A DNA stretch of 64,000 bases from a virus: positions 64,001 to 128,000 of the IMG/VR virus record IMGVR_UViG_3300025015_000010. One strand, written 5' to 3'. The notes beneath the pieces are model-generated. The model did no database searches, had not been told where the DNA came from, and saw only the letters and a program-made list of their open reading frames with translations. Of this stretch, positions 39,293-49,259 are shown one piece after another (the first letter of the stretch is position 1; every line of letters starts with the position of its first letter). Made by a program: the position numbers and the translations under genes.

Positions 39293-39441
39293 CGTCACCG
39301 GGCTGTAGTACATAGGGAGAAACTCTGTTTTCTCCTCGGGGAGCAAGCCCCGCCCTGTCCATTGGGGACAGGCGCGGCGGCTATGCTTGCTCCCCACCTT
39401 GCCCGGTGACGGACAGTACGCCGTTCGCGTCTGTCCTTTTT
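39293..39441 (+). ncRNA. Candidate structured RNA with intrinsic terminator
   Basis: Two nested 11-bp perfect stems after TTGACA-18-TATCCT, then a hairpin plus T-run. Confidence 0.5.
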
Positions 39442-39466
39442 ATTTGCCTTCGGGCAAGGAGGCGGT

Positions 39467-39851
39467 ATGGGCAAGGCAATGTTCTTGGCCATTGTTTTAA
39501 TTTCGTTTTTAGGTGGTTGCTCGTCCGTAGCAACTATGCGCGAGGCCGATCCCACCGAGGGCGCGTCGAAAACATATTCCGCTGATGTGCAACGGGTGGT
39601 AGACGCAGTCAGGCAAGCTATAACAGATGCAGGCTTCCCGTGTAGACGGCGGTGGCTGGTCAATCGTTGCAAGTAAGGGAATGTCAGCGTTTAGCTACGG
39701 CGAGTTTGTACGTGTCATGGTCGCTCCAGCATCGAACCCTAAGTCGTCTATTGTGCATGTTCTTACACGGCGGCGACTGGCCACAAATGTCACGGCCAAG
39801 GGTGATTACTCAGAAGCTATATTTGCTGGTATAGACCTTAGATTGCAATAA
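39467..39851 (+). pseudogene. Frameshifted lipoprotein (cargo)
   Basis: LGGC lipobox in 39467..39676. Plausible C-terminus in another frame from ~39638. Confidence 0.6.
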
Positions 39852-39896
39852 TTGTTTAGCTTCGCGGATTCATTGACTATTGCTGGAGAATTTTCG

Positions 39897-40874
39897 ATGC
39901 TTAGAAATGTGATATACGGGTTTTCGGTGGCCCTGTTGTTTAGTGCTTGTGGAGGTGGCGGCGGGTCGTCCAGTGCAGCACCAGTGCCAGGACTTCAAAC
40001 ACTAGTAGTTCCGTCTGTAAGTGATGTCAGGTTGGACGATGTAAATAGCCAGGGTATTATGCCGAAGAATTTACTTCTTGCTAGTGGAGTTTGGCTTACT
40101 GATCTAACAGGTGATGCCGTCGGAGGCAGTAGCGAGAGAGATATCAGTAGTATGGGCTTATTGCGAGACAAGAATAGCCTGTATGTGGCTTTAGTATTGA
40201 CCGCAGGAGGTGTTCCTGACGTGTCTGGCACCATACAGTATATTTTTAAGATTCAGGCCAGTGGAGCTACACAGAGGTTCGCGTTTAATGGGGATCTTAC
40301 TGGATATGAACCTCTTGTGAGCAAATTCACTGGGACTAATAACGTTACCACCACAGTAATTACTGATGGTCTTGGCGAGGTTTATGCTAATGCTATCATA
40401 TTTGAGATTCCCCTTGCTAACATTACAAACAGCGGCGGAGGGTTATCAGGAATAACAGCAACTGGTTATGTTCAGGCCGCCAATGTAGTAGCCGATAGCA
40501 CGCCGAGTGTATTGCTCGATTTTGGAGGTTACGTGCCCCTAGGTGACGCTAGTAATGATGGCACCTTTAGTAGCCTTCCCGTGTATGTTGCCCCACTGGT
40601 TACTGTTATTTCACTCAATCAGTCTGTGACAGTTGAGTGGTTTGTTGGAAATCCACCAGTAACTACAATTATTGAAACCGATATTCGGTGGCGTCCGAGT
40701 ACGATTGCTACGACCACTGTTGGAACTCAACATGCTATGTCAAATCCGGGGACGATTACTTCGTTTACCGATTCTTTTCTGCCGACAGCCCGAGGAACTT
40801 GGTTATTTTCTGTCTATGTAACCGACGGAGTGACAGAAGCAACTTCGACGGAGAAAGTTGTGATTGTTCAGTAA
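39897..40874 (+). CDS. Ser/Thr/Gly-rich beta-strand lipoprotein (cargo)
   Basis: FSACGGGGGSS lipobox. Confidence 0.75.
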   Translation: MLRNVIYGFSVALLFSACGGGGGSSSAAPVPGLQTLVVPSVSDVRLDDVNSQGIMPKNLLLASGVWLTDLTGDAVGGSSERDISSMGLLRDKNSLYVALVLTAGGVPDVSGTIQYIFKIQASGATQRFAFNGDLTGYEPLVSKFTGTNNVTTTVITDGLGEVYANAIIFEIPLANITNSGGGLSGITATGYVQAANVVADSTPSVLLDFGGYVPLGDASNDGTFSSLPVYVAPLVTVISLNQSVTVEWFVGNPPVTTIIETDIRWRPSTIATTTVGTQHAMSNPGTITSFTDSFLPTARGTWLFSVYVTDGVTEATSTEKVVIVQ

Positions 40875-40887
40875 GTCCGTAGTACCG

Positions 40888-40941
40888 CAAATAAACAGTC
40901 GTGTTTGCCTTTTCATTGAGACAAACACGACTGTTTTATTT
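40888..40941 (+). terminator. Intrinsic terminator
   Basis: AAACAGTCGTGTTTG...CAAACACGACTGTTT followed by a T-rich tail. Confidence 0.7.
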
Positions 40942-41072
40942 TCGCTCATAATTCAACCTGTATGAGCATATCAAAAGCAAGTTATATGTTTTGTCAAGGA
41001 CAGTATCTAGTAAATAGTGCTAGACTTACAATAGGCACGTTACTTGTAAATTTATAATTAGGAGAAAATGGC

Positions 41073-41459
41073 ATGTCAATCTACATACCCGAGAGCGCGG
41101 ATATATCAGGTTTGGACGCATCATTCTGGAAGAAGAAAAAGAAGCCTGCCCCCGCTGTTAAACTGTCAGATAAATTGATGAAAGTTAAGACTTCAGCAGA
41201 ACAGAGCATGTTTAGTACAAAAGCTATTAGGATGACGACTGAACAAAGGTGCATTGCAATTGGTGGACGCTGGGACTCATCTACCAATAAGTGCTTCAAA
41301 CGAGTATGTAACAGCGCTGATATAACTTTGCCACAGCCAGTAGACCCTTATGCTCAGGCAAAGGCTGATTGTGCTGCTAAGGGCGGGCAGTGGTATCCAT
41401 TTGCTAACCCACAGAAGTGCTTCAAACGAGTATGTAACGAGGCTGATGCTGGATTTTAG
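41073..41459 (+). CDS. Small protein with two Cys-rich repeats (cargo)
   Basis: C...GG.W...KCFKRVCN twice. Identical 24-bp DNA repeat at 41289 and 41415. Confidence 0.75.
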   Translation: MSIYIPESADISGLDASFWKKKKKPAPAVKLSDKLMKVKTSAEQSMFSTKAIRMTTEQRCIAIGGRWDSSTNKCFKRVCNSADITLPQPVDPYAQAKADCAAKGGQWYPFANPQKCFKRVCNEADAGF

Positions 41460-41488
41460 GCCAATTAACCTAGTTGATCGGATGAGTA

Positions 41489-42481
41489 ATGTCTAGTAAG
41501 TTACCATTTCCAAGGACAGACCGTGAATTCCTGTTGATGTTTCCAAACGAGGAAGCCTGTCTTGAGTATTTGATTGCGCTGCGTTGGCCCGATGGTTTTA
41601 CGTGCCCGCATGATGGATCACAAGAAGCCTATTGGCGACCAGGTAGAAAAGCGTTTGAATGCAAATACTGTAAGTATCAAGCCTATGCCACGGCCGGAAC
41701 GGTCATGCACAGTTCTAAGATACCTCTGACCGAATGGTTTTGGGCCGCTTGGCTTATGGCCACGCTCAAGCCAGGAATCAGTGCCTATCAGCTTTGGGAG
41801 CGGTCAATTATCAAGAAGTACGAAACAGTATTCAGCATGCTTCATAAACTACGCTTTGGTCTAGTAGATCCGAATCAACGGTTGTTCGATGGCATGGTCG
41901 AAGTCGATGAAACCTTCGTATGGGGCGAGAAACAGCCCAAAGGAACTAGAGGCCCCAAAGGTAAGATCATTATGGCTGGTGCTGTAGAACTCAGACACCG
42001 ATCAGAGAAAAAGAAGAATTTTCCAGATTACTATGCTACAGGCGTAAGGTTTCGAGTTGTACCCGATAGATCGGAAGAATCGTTAGCAGGCTTCGTCTAC
42101 GATTCTGTGGCAGAGGGAAGCATGGTCTACACGGATGCTCATGCGAGCTACCAACATTTAGACGTTCTATATGAACACTATATTGTTAGTGAATCCCGTG
42201 GGATGGACGCCGATAGCGTACTTCCGCACTTCCACCACATTGTTGGTAATTTCAAGGCGTGGATCATTGGTACGCATCACGGTGTCAGCCCGAAGCATCT
42301 TCAAACCTATGCCAATGAGTATGCATTTCGAGTTTCGCATACCTACGACCAGTTTCTAGCGTTTCAGCTAATGTTGGGCTTTTCGCTCGTTTCTCGCGGT
42401 CCAACTTACCCAGAGCTTTATAACGTGGGCCAACACGGCGGATATGCCCACCTCTCAGGCGTGGGTCTAGGCTACTTATAG
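41489..42481 (+). CDS. IS1595-family transposase (ISSod11-like), intact
   Basis: VEVDE, VYTD, FHHIVGNFK.W..GTHHGVS. Confidence 0.92.
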   Translation: MSSKLPFPRTDREFLLMFPNEEACLEYLIALRWPDGFTCPHDGSQEAYWRPGRKAFECKYCKYQAYATAGTVMHSSKIPLTEWFWAAWLMATLKPGISAYQLWERSIIKKYETVFSMLHKLRFGLVDPNQRLFDGMVEVDETFVWGEKQPKGTRGPKGKIIMAGAVELRHRSEKKKNFPDYYATGVRFRVVPDRSEESLAGFVYDSVAEGSMVYTDAHASYQHLDVLYEHYIVSESRGMDADSVLPHFHHIVGNFKAWIIGTHHGVSPKHLQTYANEYAFRVSHTYDQFLAFQLMLGFSLVSRGPTYPELYNVGQHGGYAHLSGVGLGYL

Positions 42482-42562
42482 CAGAATAGTTAGGGCTAGT
42501 TAAGTCTATGATAGGGCTAATGTTAAATTTACCGGCAAATAACGGATAAGCCTGATTGGAAT

Positions 42563-43423
42563 GACAAGCGCCTATATTTCGAGTGCAAATACTGTCACAA
42601 GCAGACTTACTTGACGGCTGGAACCGTGATGCACAGTTCCAAAATACCTTTAACGGAGTGGTTTTTGGCAGCATGGTTTATGGCTACGCTCAAGCCTGGA
42701 ATTAGCGCGTATCAGTATTGGGAGCGTTCGCGCATTGTAAGTTACAAAACCGTATTCAATATGTTGCACAAGTTGCGTTTCGGTCTTGTGGACCCAAATC
42801 CGTATACTCTGGAAGGTATGGTCGAAGTTGATGAAGCCCTTCTTTGGGGCGAGAAACAGCCCAAGGGCATCAATAAAGGTCCGAAAGGTAAAATTGTATT
42901 GGCCGGTGCTATCGAACTCAGAGAACGCAAGGAAAAGAAGAAGCACTTCCCGGATTATTATGTGACTCGGGTACGTCTACGAATCGTGCCTAATCGTTCG
43001 GAAGAGCACTTAGCTGGCTTCGTTTACGATACCGTAGCACCTGGGAGTATTGTTTACACAGATGCCCACGCGAGTTATCAAAACCTGGGTGGTTACTACG
43101 ATCACCACGTTATCAGTGAAGCTCACGGAATGGCCGCCGATAGTGTGCTTCCAGCATTTCACCAGGTCATTGGGAACTTTCGGGCGTGGATTATTGGCAC
43201 CCATCACGGTGTAAGCTCGAAGCACATGCAGACCTATGCCAATGAGTTTGCTTTTAGGGTGTCTACTACGTTCGATCCGTTCTTGGCATTCCAGCAAATG
43301 CTAGGTTATTCAGTCGTAGCGCGAGGCCCGACCTATCATGAACTCTATAACGTAGGCGAAAAGGGCGGTTATGCCCATCTTGGGGACTGTAACTTAGGTT
43401 CCTTACCGCTCGTGATGTTCTAA
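42563..43423 (+). pseudogene. Transposon B transposase, C-terminal part
   Basis: Highly similar to 2595..3605. Confidence 0.92.
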
Positions 43424-43500
43424 AAAGTTAGGATAGTTAAGTCTAAGTTCTAGTGATATTTATAATCACATGTAAATAAGGCATAAGCCTGTGAATGGGT

Positions 43501-43646
43501 ATCGTGATTTTGATCGTAAGCAAATTCACGAAGGCAAGGATAGTACAGGCTTAAAAGCTGCGGCCAAGGCTGGTAACGTTGGCAGCATATTGTGGGTGCC
43601 AGTTCCTAGGTCTAAGCATCGTGGTGTGGACACGGTGCCTAGGTAG
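43501..43646 (+). pseudogene. Displaced C-terminus of the GH73 gene
   Basis: In frame after the TSD: MNG|YRDFDRKQ...DTVPR*. Confidence 0.75.
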
Positions 43647-43874
43647 ATTTGATTTTCGCTATGGCACCGAGACCCTGGATTACAGCCCATGGCGCGAATC
43701 GTCGGAGTGTCGTGGTTTCAAATATAAGATCATAAGTTAATCCAGCCTGGCTAGTTTTATGATTATATAGTCCCACTCTTTCGCCATTGACATATACTTC
43801 AAGGCGAGTCGTTTTATTAGATTCAAAACTGTCAATTAGATTTTTGACTTGCTCATTAAATGTGGCTTCATCCA

Positions 43875-44452
43875 TCAAAATTTCTCCAGTATGGCACTAA
43901 TTCTGCTTTTGAACATTACAGTCGTAGACCGGGTAACAACCTTTTCAGCTTCGGCCGACCAAGCAATCTCACCCGTAGATTCTTTCTTTACGTCAGCCAA
44001 CACAGCTTTGATTACCAGCCCAGTGTCCTCTATTCTCATTTTTCGACTATGAGTTCCAGCCAAAGCATCTAGCACATGAGTCAGCCTCATGGGTGTTACC
44101 CACTCGGTAGCAATGGCGTTAGCTTCTTGGAGTACAGCCAGTGTCGCGCCTTCAACTACTTTGCGTGGCTTGGCCGTCTCTTCAAATTCAGTATTTTTGT
44201 ACTTCGCTACGATTCGCTCGCCATTATTTTTTCTGATTTCAATTGGCGGTCGGAGTACATCGCCTTCGCGTATTTTGTCTTCGATAATGCTACAAAGTTA
44301 GTGTGTTTTTCTCCGCCAGAAAAGAAAGTCAACTGGCCGTCTTTCCACAAAATGTGTGCCGAAGTCCCATGGAGTTTTTCTAGAGCGTATACCTCTTTGA
44401 ATAGCAATACATCCTGGTTTTTGTATAGGTTCTCGATATCAGCGTAGCCCAT
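43875..44452 (-). pseudogene. Rnl2-like RNA ligase with an internal deletion and frameshift
   Basis: EKLHGT (motif I) in one frame. EGDVLRP and AKYK (motifs IV and V) in another frame running into the 43875..44090 ORF. Confidence 0.75.
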
Positions 44453-44454
44453 TT

Positions 44455-46477
44455 TTAGTCCTTGGTCGGGTATATAATGCCAAGAAGTTTCTGGCCAAGT
44501 TCGTGACGTACCTGGTTCTTGACGATCACGTCGTCAAAATTTGTTCTAATAAGTTCGACAGCAACTACTCCTTGGAGCAGTTTAATCGCAGCCATGATGG
44601 CGTTAGAATGATCCTCATGTAAGTTATCTTCAAATGTTACCAGAATGCCTTTGTATCTATCAGACACTAGTTCACCTCATAGAGTAAGTTGTATACCTCA
44701 GCGTATTTCCCGCCCGTACCAACATGAATAGCATTTTCTGTCTGCATGCGTTCGGTCATGCACCAAGCCAAAGAATTAACTATAATGTCTGATTCGACAA
44801 TAGCCTTCCAGTTTTTACCATACCGTCTAGCCCAACGAGAATCAGCCTCGATGATTAATGCATTAGCCGACTTCCAGCGTGTAAATAGCCAGTAAGAGTC
44901 TAAAATACCGTCTGACTGCTCTTTAAGATCATCAAACATGTAGCATTTGTGCAGTAACCACAGCCTAGACCATGAGGTAAATTTATTCGTATATTTAGCA
45001 TATTGATATAGCATAAGTCCAGCTATGAGTAGTAAAGCCAGAGATGTATATATGCCTATAATCATGGCTCAATATCCCACAGTGGATTGTCAATATCCTG
45101 ATTGTGAAATACATCGGCGTAGTGGTCTACGGATGTTCCGATGAGTCTATACAGTTCCTGTAGCTCAGCCTTGGTCAGGGTGCCATTTTGCTGTTCTAAA
45201 CTTAATTGATTAATTCCAAAACCGTGTTGCGTGGCTAAATTCAATAGTTTTTCTACGGCCCTGTTCTTTCGAAACCGCTGTACGCCGATTCCATCGATTT
45301 CGGTAATATACACCCGCCCATTCATGTTGATCGGTATAGGCATATTTTCAGATTTACAAGCCACTGTCATCTAGCTTCTCCCTGATCTGTAGACTTGCTT
45401 CAAGGTCAACCCCGAAAGTAAACTTAGCTTCTTCTATGGCCGATTGAAGCAGTTGATCGATGCTGCTTTTGAGCATTTTGGCAATGCTTTCTTTGGGCAC
45501 AGTGAACATGCCTGCGGCTATGCCGGACGATGCCAATAATGATGTTGCAGCCATAAAAAGACTAGTCGCAGCTATATCTCCTAAGTTTCTCTTTTCACTT
45601 TCGGCAATGCATCTCTCCAACAGTTTATTCTGAATTATGTTACTTTCTTTTATCAAAATAGTTGCCGCTAGATTGTAGTCTTCTTTGCTTGTTTGGTTCA
45701 AAGTTTCTCTCCAGGATCAATTATTGCAAAAATACCAGTTAATGGGTTACCCACAGTAATGAGCAGGTCGTCTTCAGTTAGTTCCTCAAAATCCTGAATA
45801 AAAATGTGCCATGCTTGAATTTTAGTCGCGTCAGTTTCTTCTAGCACGTCGCCTAGGGTTCGTATAGTGATTGTTCCAGATCCAGATTCGATTGTGAAGC
45901 CTGGACGTCGGTTATCGATTACTGAGGCCAGGGCAAGCAGAGTATCCAGCTTAGTATAGGAGCTTTCAACCTGCTCATCGAGTATGCTGAGGGCAAATTC
46001 AGCTTCCGGCCGATCCTGTGTATCTAAGTCGCCTATGGTAAATGCGAGTGCATCTAGCCCTTCGGTATTACCTTCCGGGTTCAATGCTCCGAATTGGTCA
46101 ATGAGCGTTTCGATAAGCCATGGCATGTCCTGTGGGTAGGTGCCAGAGCCATAAAGCGGAGTTTTCCCATAGACCCCGAGATACAATGACTGTTCGGACT
46201 CCTTGTTAGATAAATCCAGTCTAGCGTTTAGGTCAGCGTCGGCCTTTTCCTTGTCAAATTTGTCTATAGGGACTTGGCAGGATACAAGTGCATACCTATA
46301 GACTGAGTTCTCGACAGTCACCTTGATAGCCAGGTCGCGGGTAGGGATGACAGTAGTTCTGTGATCAGTCGTAACCATGCTACCCAGCGCAGACGGATGC
46401 ACAAAGAAATCGGGCGAGGCATAGCGCTTCCAGCGTCGGCCGAATAGGTACCAAGTTTTAGAACTTTGTTCAGACAT
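44455..46477 (-). other. Run of hypothetical ORFs (44455-44667, 44667-45065, 45062-45370, 45354-45701, 45698-46477)
   Basis: Overlapping stop/start codons. Confidence 0.65.
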
Positions 46478-46758
46478 TGTTAGGCTCCTTGTTTGAGGGT
46501 TGTTCGATGTCGTTTCATAATTCAATAGCTTTTTGCAAAGTAGTTTTTACACCTCTGTGATTTCGTTCGTCGTTTTCCTTGAGCCAACCTACAATGCCAG
46601 CAGATACCTGGGCTAAATGCGATCCGGTTTCAGTCAGTCAGATGGTCTAAGCGATGTTCTAGCCAAGTGACATAAGACAAATTGTCGATGTCAGTCAAAC
46701 GAAAATCCTGGTATTGTGCATAGAGCACACTGTTTAGTGGATGAGCCACGCTATTCCT

Positions 46759-47241
46759 TTACAGGGTGTTTTCCTTAGGCTGGTTCTGCCAGTGATTATA
46801 CTCTGTGAGTATGTCTAAGTCAAGATAATCTTTGTACTTTTTTGGGTTCGATCTGATTTCTGTGCCGCTCACAGGTATTTCTGTGCGCGGTATGACAATC
46901 AAATCAGCCCCGAGAGACTTAGCTATGGCCTCGCGGTGATCAGTTTCGCCAGAGAATAGATGTGTGATATTGGCCTTTCCAAACACTTTTTCGATGTATT
47001 TCACATGCAGTTTGGAATGTTCAGGGCCGAACTGGTGAGGATTCTGGCAGATCACTATCTGTACATTTGGAAATTTGTGCTTGATCCAGTTTGCTCGTAC
47101 AAATGCCGGAATGTTGGTTACGTCAGGACGATTATAAATCGCTACGAATAGTAAGTCAACTTGGTTTATAGCCTCCTGTAGCAGGTGTTCGTGCCCTTTG
47201 TGCAGAGGCACGAACTTGCCTAGTATAAGTCCTGTGCTCAT
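46759..47241 (-). CDS. NadR-type NMN adenylyltransferase (cytidyltransferase-like)
   Basis: GKFVPLHKGH, RANWI, VSGTEIR. Confidence 0.82.
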   Translation of the reverse strand: MSTGLILGKFVPLHKGHEHLLQEAINQVDLLFVAIYNRPDVTNIPAFVRANWIKHKFPNVQIVICQNPHQFGPEHSKLHVKYIEKVFGKANITHLFSGETDHREAIAKSLGADLIVIPRTEIPVSGTEIRSNPKKYKDYLDLDILTEYNHWQNQPKENTL

Positions 47242-47507
47242 CCTGGTGCCTTCTTTTTGTAGTGCTGGTTCACGAATGGCAATACTGCCTTTAGGGCAGC
47301 AGTTATTTCGTAGCTACATCCAGTGCATCCACAGTTTGGCGCTTCTGGTCCTAGGTTGTCATAGACTTCTTGAAGCGCAGCACGCATAGCGTCGTACTGG
47401 TAGCCCAAGTAAATTATAGTAGGAATACTTGCAACGCACAGGCCACAGCCTAGGGATATAAGTATTAGCATTAATGCAGACATGTCTCACCAAAATCTAG
47501 AGATAAA

Positions 47508-47543
47508 GTAAACAGCCTCTGGCTTTAGCCAGGGGCTGTTTAC
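47508..47543. repeat. 36-bp palindrome made of the right end of the IS at 19413
   Basis: Its reverse complement is identical to 19413-19442 over 30 nt. It has TTTAC ends on both strands. Confidence 0.85.
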
Positions 47544-47793
47544 GCATGGATTGTTTGGCGAGATTAGGAAGGTTTGTCATAGCACATTCTCTTTCGCCCA
47601 CTGTTCAAAGGACTCCGTGCCCTGACTCAGTAGTCTCCTTGCTGCGTTGTAACCACCTAAAAAGGCAATCCGCCTGCGATCATCGCTTGGGACCACCTGG
47701 TTCATTTGACTCTCGGTCCAACTACACATGGCGGCTTCCCAGCCACGCTCATAATCACTGCGGAGTAACACCAGTGAGTCAAGCGCTTCAACT

Positions 47794-48306
47794 TCAGGCA
47801 TACTGTAGATCTCCTGGGTGGTCAGTTACTAAAACAAATTGCAAGGGAATTATAGAGGTTGTTTCAGCGTTTGTCAAGAAATTAATCAGCCACGGCAGTA
47901 CGATTTCTGATTTCAACTTACCGTTACGGCATCCAAAGGGTACAACAAGTACCTGGTCGGTAGCGAATCCAGCACAGAAATCTGGAAGTTGCTGGACAGA
48001 TTGCTTGACTAATTGGAGTGTCGAGTCCTGTTGCCATGATAGATGCGGCGCATTCGGATTTAGTGCCTTGGTGGGTACACAGACATACTGTCTGGTGCCT
48101 GTGTGTTTAAATAGTGGAAATGGCTGGATATTTCTATTTTCTTGACAAAAGTTACCGTAGATTTCAGGAAGTTTTGGGTCGCGTCGCGCAGCTTCCTTGG
48201 CTAACCCCGCGCCCATGATGTTATGCCCGTGTTTATTCCAGCCCAGGTTGGTAGTTACACAGATAATACCAGGAAAATTAAAAACATTCCCAAGGACTAT
48301 TCTCAT
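47794..48306 (-). CDS. Macrodomain protein (DarG/Poa1-like ADP-ribosyl hydrolase)
   Basis: GNVF, VTTN, MGAGLAK, PTK..W, PFGCRNG. Confidence 0.8.
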   Translation of the reverse strand: MRIVLGNVFNFPGIICVTTNLGWNKHGHNIMGAGLAKEAARRDPKLPEIYGNFCQENRNIQPFPLFKHTGTRQYVCVPTKALNPNAPHLSWQQDSTLQLVKQSVQQLPDFCAGFATDQVLVVPFGCRNGKLKSEIVLPWLINFLTNAETTSIIPLQFVLVTDHPGDLQYA

Positions 48307-48977
48307 CAATGTTTTCCAGCGTCAGGTCGATGTTTGTCTTGAGGTCATCCAGGTCATTGGCTGTAGTGGAGCCAAGCGTTTTGGATATTAACGTAAGGTT
48401 AGCCTGAATGTTAGCTATGAGGATTTGTAGCTGTAATGTTTTGTACATGTTGATTCTTTCTGGCCTAAAAGCACAGCGAAGGAATTCCAAGCATAAAAGG
48501 AGAACTGGCCATGCTTGTTCTAGATCAGAGTTGATCTTCGGGTAACCATCCCGTCCCTTCGCCGTGCAGACTAAAGATATGGCATTTACATCGACCTCGC
48601 GTGTGGCACTTTTGCACTCGTCTTTCGCGTGTCGATTTTAGACGACTAGATCAGAACTTAGTCTTGATCAGATCCACTTATTGACTGATGTTTCTGCCAT
48701 AGTTTATTTCCGGCGATATCTGTCGTGAGCTACAGAGGAGAAAATTCCCAGCAAGCTTAGCTTTAACTAGTGTATGGCTAGGCTTGTTTTCCCGTGTCAC
48801 AGATCTCGGCTTTGAGGCTTTTGTCGCATCGCCGTTTCTTGGAGCAGCCCGGTGGTCCATTTCTAGGTGGAGCGAACAATTTTGTGTTGCTTATCTCCGT
48901 TTTTGACACAGCACAAGAGTCTAGACTGTTGATCGCTCATGGATACGGCCAGTTGCCAGCCGCTGGACTGCACGATT

Positions 48978-49240
48978 TATTTGGTCAGTCAGCCTTCAAA
49001 TTGTTGATAAAAATAGCTGACTGACCAAATATTTTTAACTAACCAGATAGTCTGTTCTATTTATGAGATGTATTCGTAGCAGTACCTGGTTAGTTATATT
49101 TATAGGCCAGTAGTGGTATCGGTATGCACTCTACTTTGCGCTGGTGCTCGCCTTCAGCCTGTCTAACCGTTTTCGAGGAGAGCCGACTACTGGGATCACT
49201 ACTGGCCTAGTTTTTTATAGTTTTGACTCGTTTCCGAGTC
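48978..49240 (-). ncRNA. Candidate polycistronic ncRNA array (four stem-closed units)
   Basis: Perfect IRs of 6, 13, 11 and 16 bp in tandem, with A-rich linkers, downstream of a promoter. Confidence 0.6.
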
Positions 49241-49259
49241 GTTTGTCTCTTATGCTGAT

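Larger units (their letters stand above)
38399..42554 (+). mobile_element. IS1595-family cargo transposon C (4.16 kb), nested in the transposase of B
   Basis: 26-bp TIR CAGGCTTATCCGTTATTTGCCGGTAA. 8-bp TSD ATTGGAAT at 38391-38398 and 42555-42562. Confidence 0.95.
33748..43491 (+). mobile_element. IS1595-family cargo transposon B (9.7 kb including nested C)
   Basis: Same TIR as A (first base T). 9-bp TSD TGAATGGGT at 33739-33747 and 43492-43500. Confidence 0.95.

Noticed and set aside
48978-49240. Possible CRISPR or mini-array
   Set aside because: Units share no repeated sequence and there are no cas genes. No CRISPR array was seen anywhere in the window.
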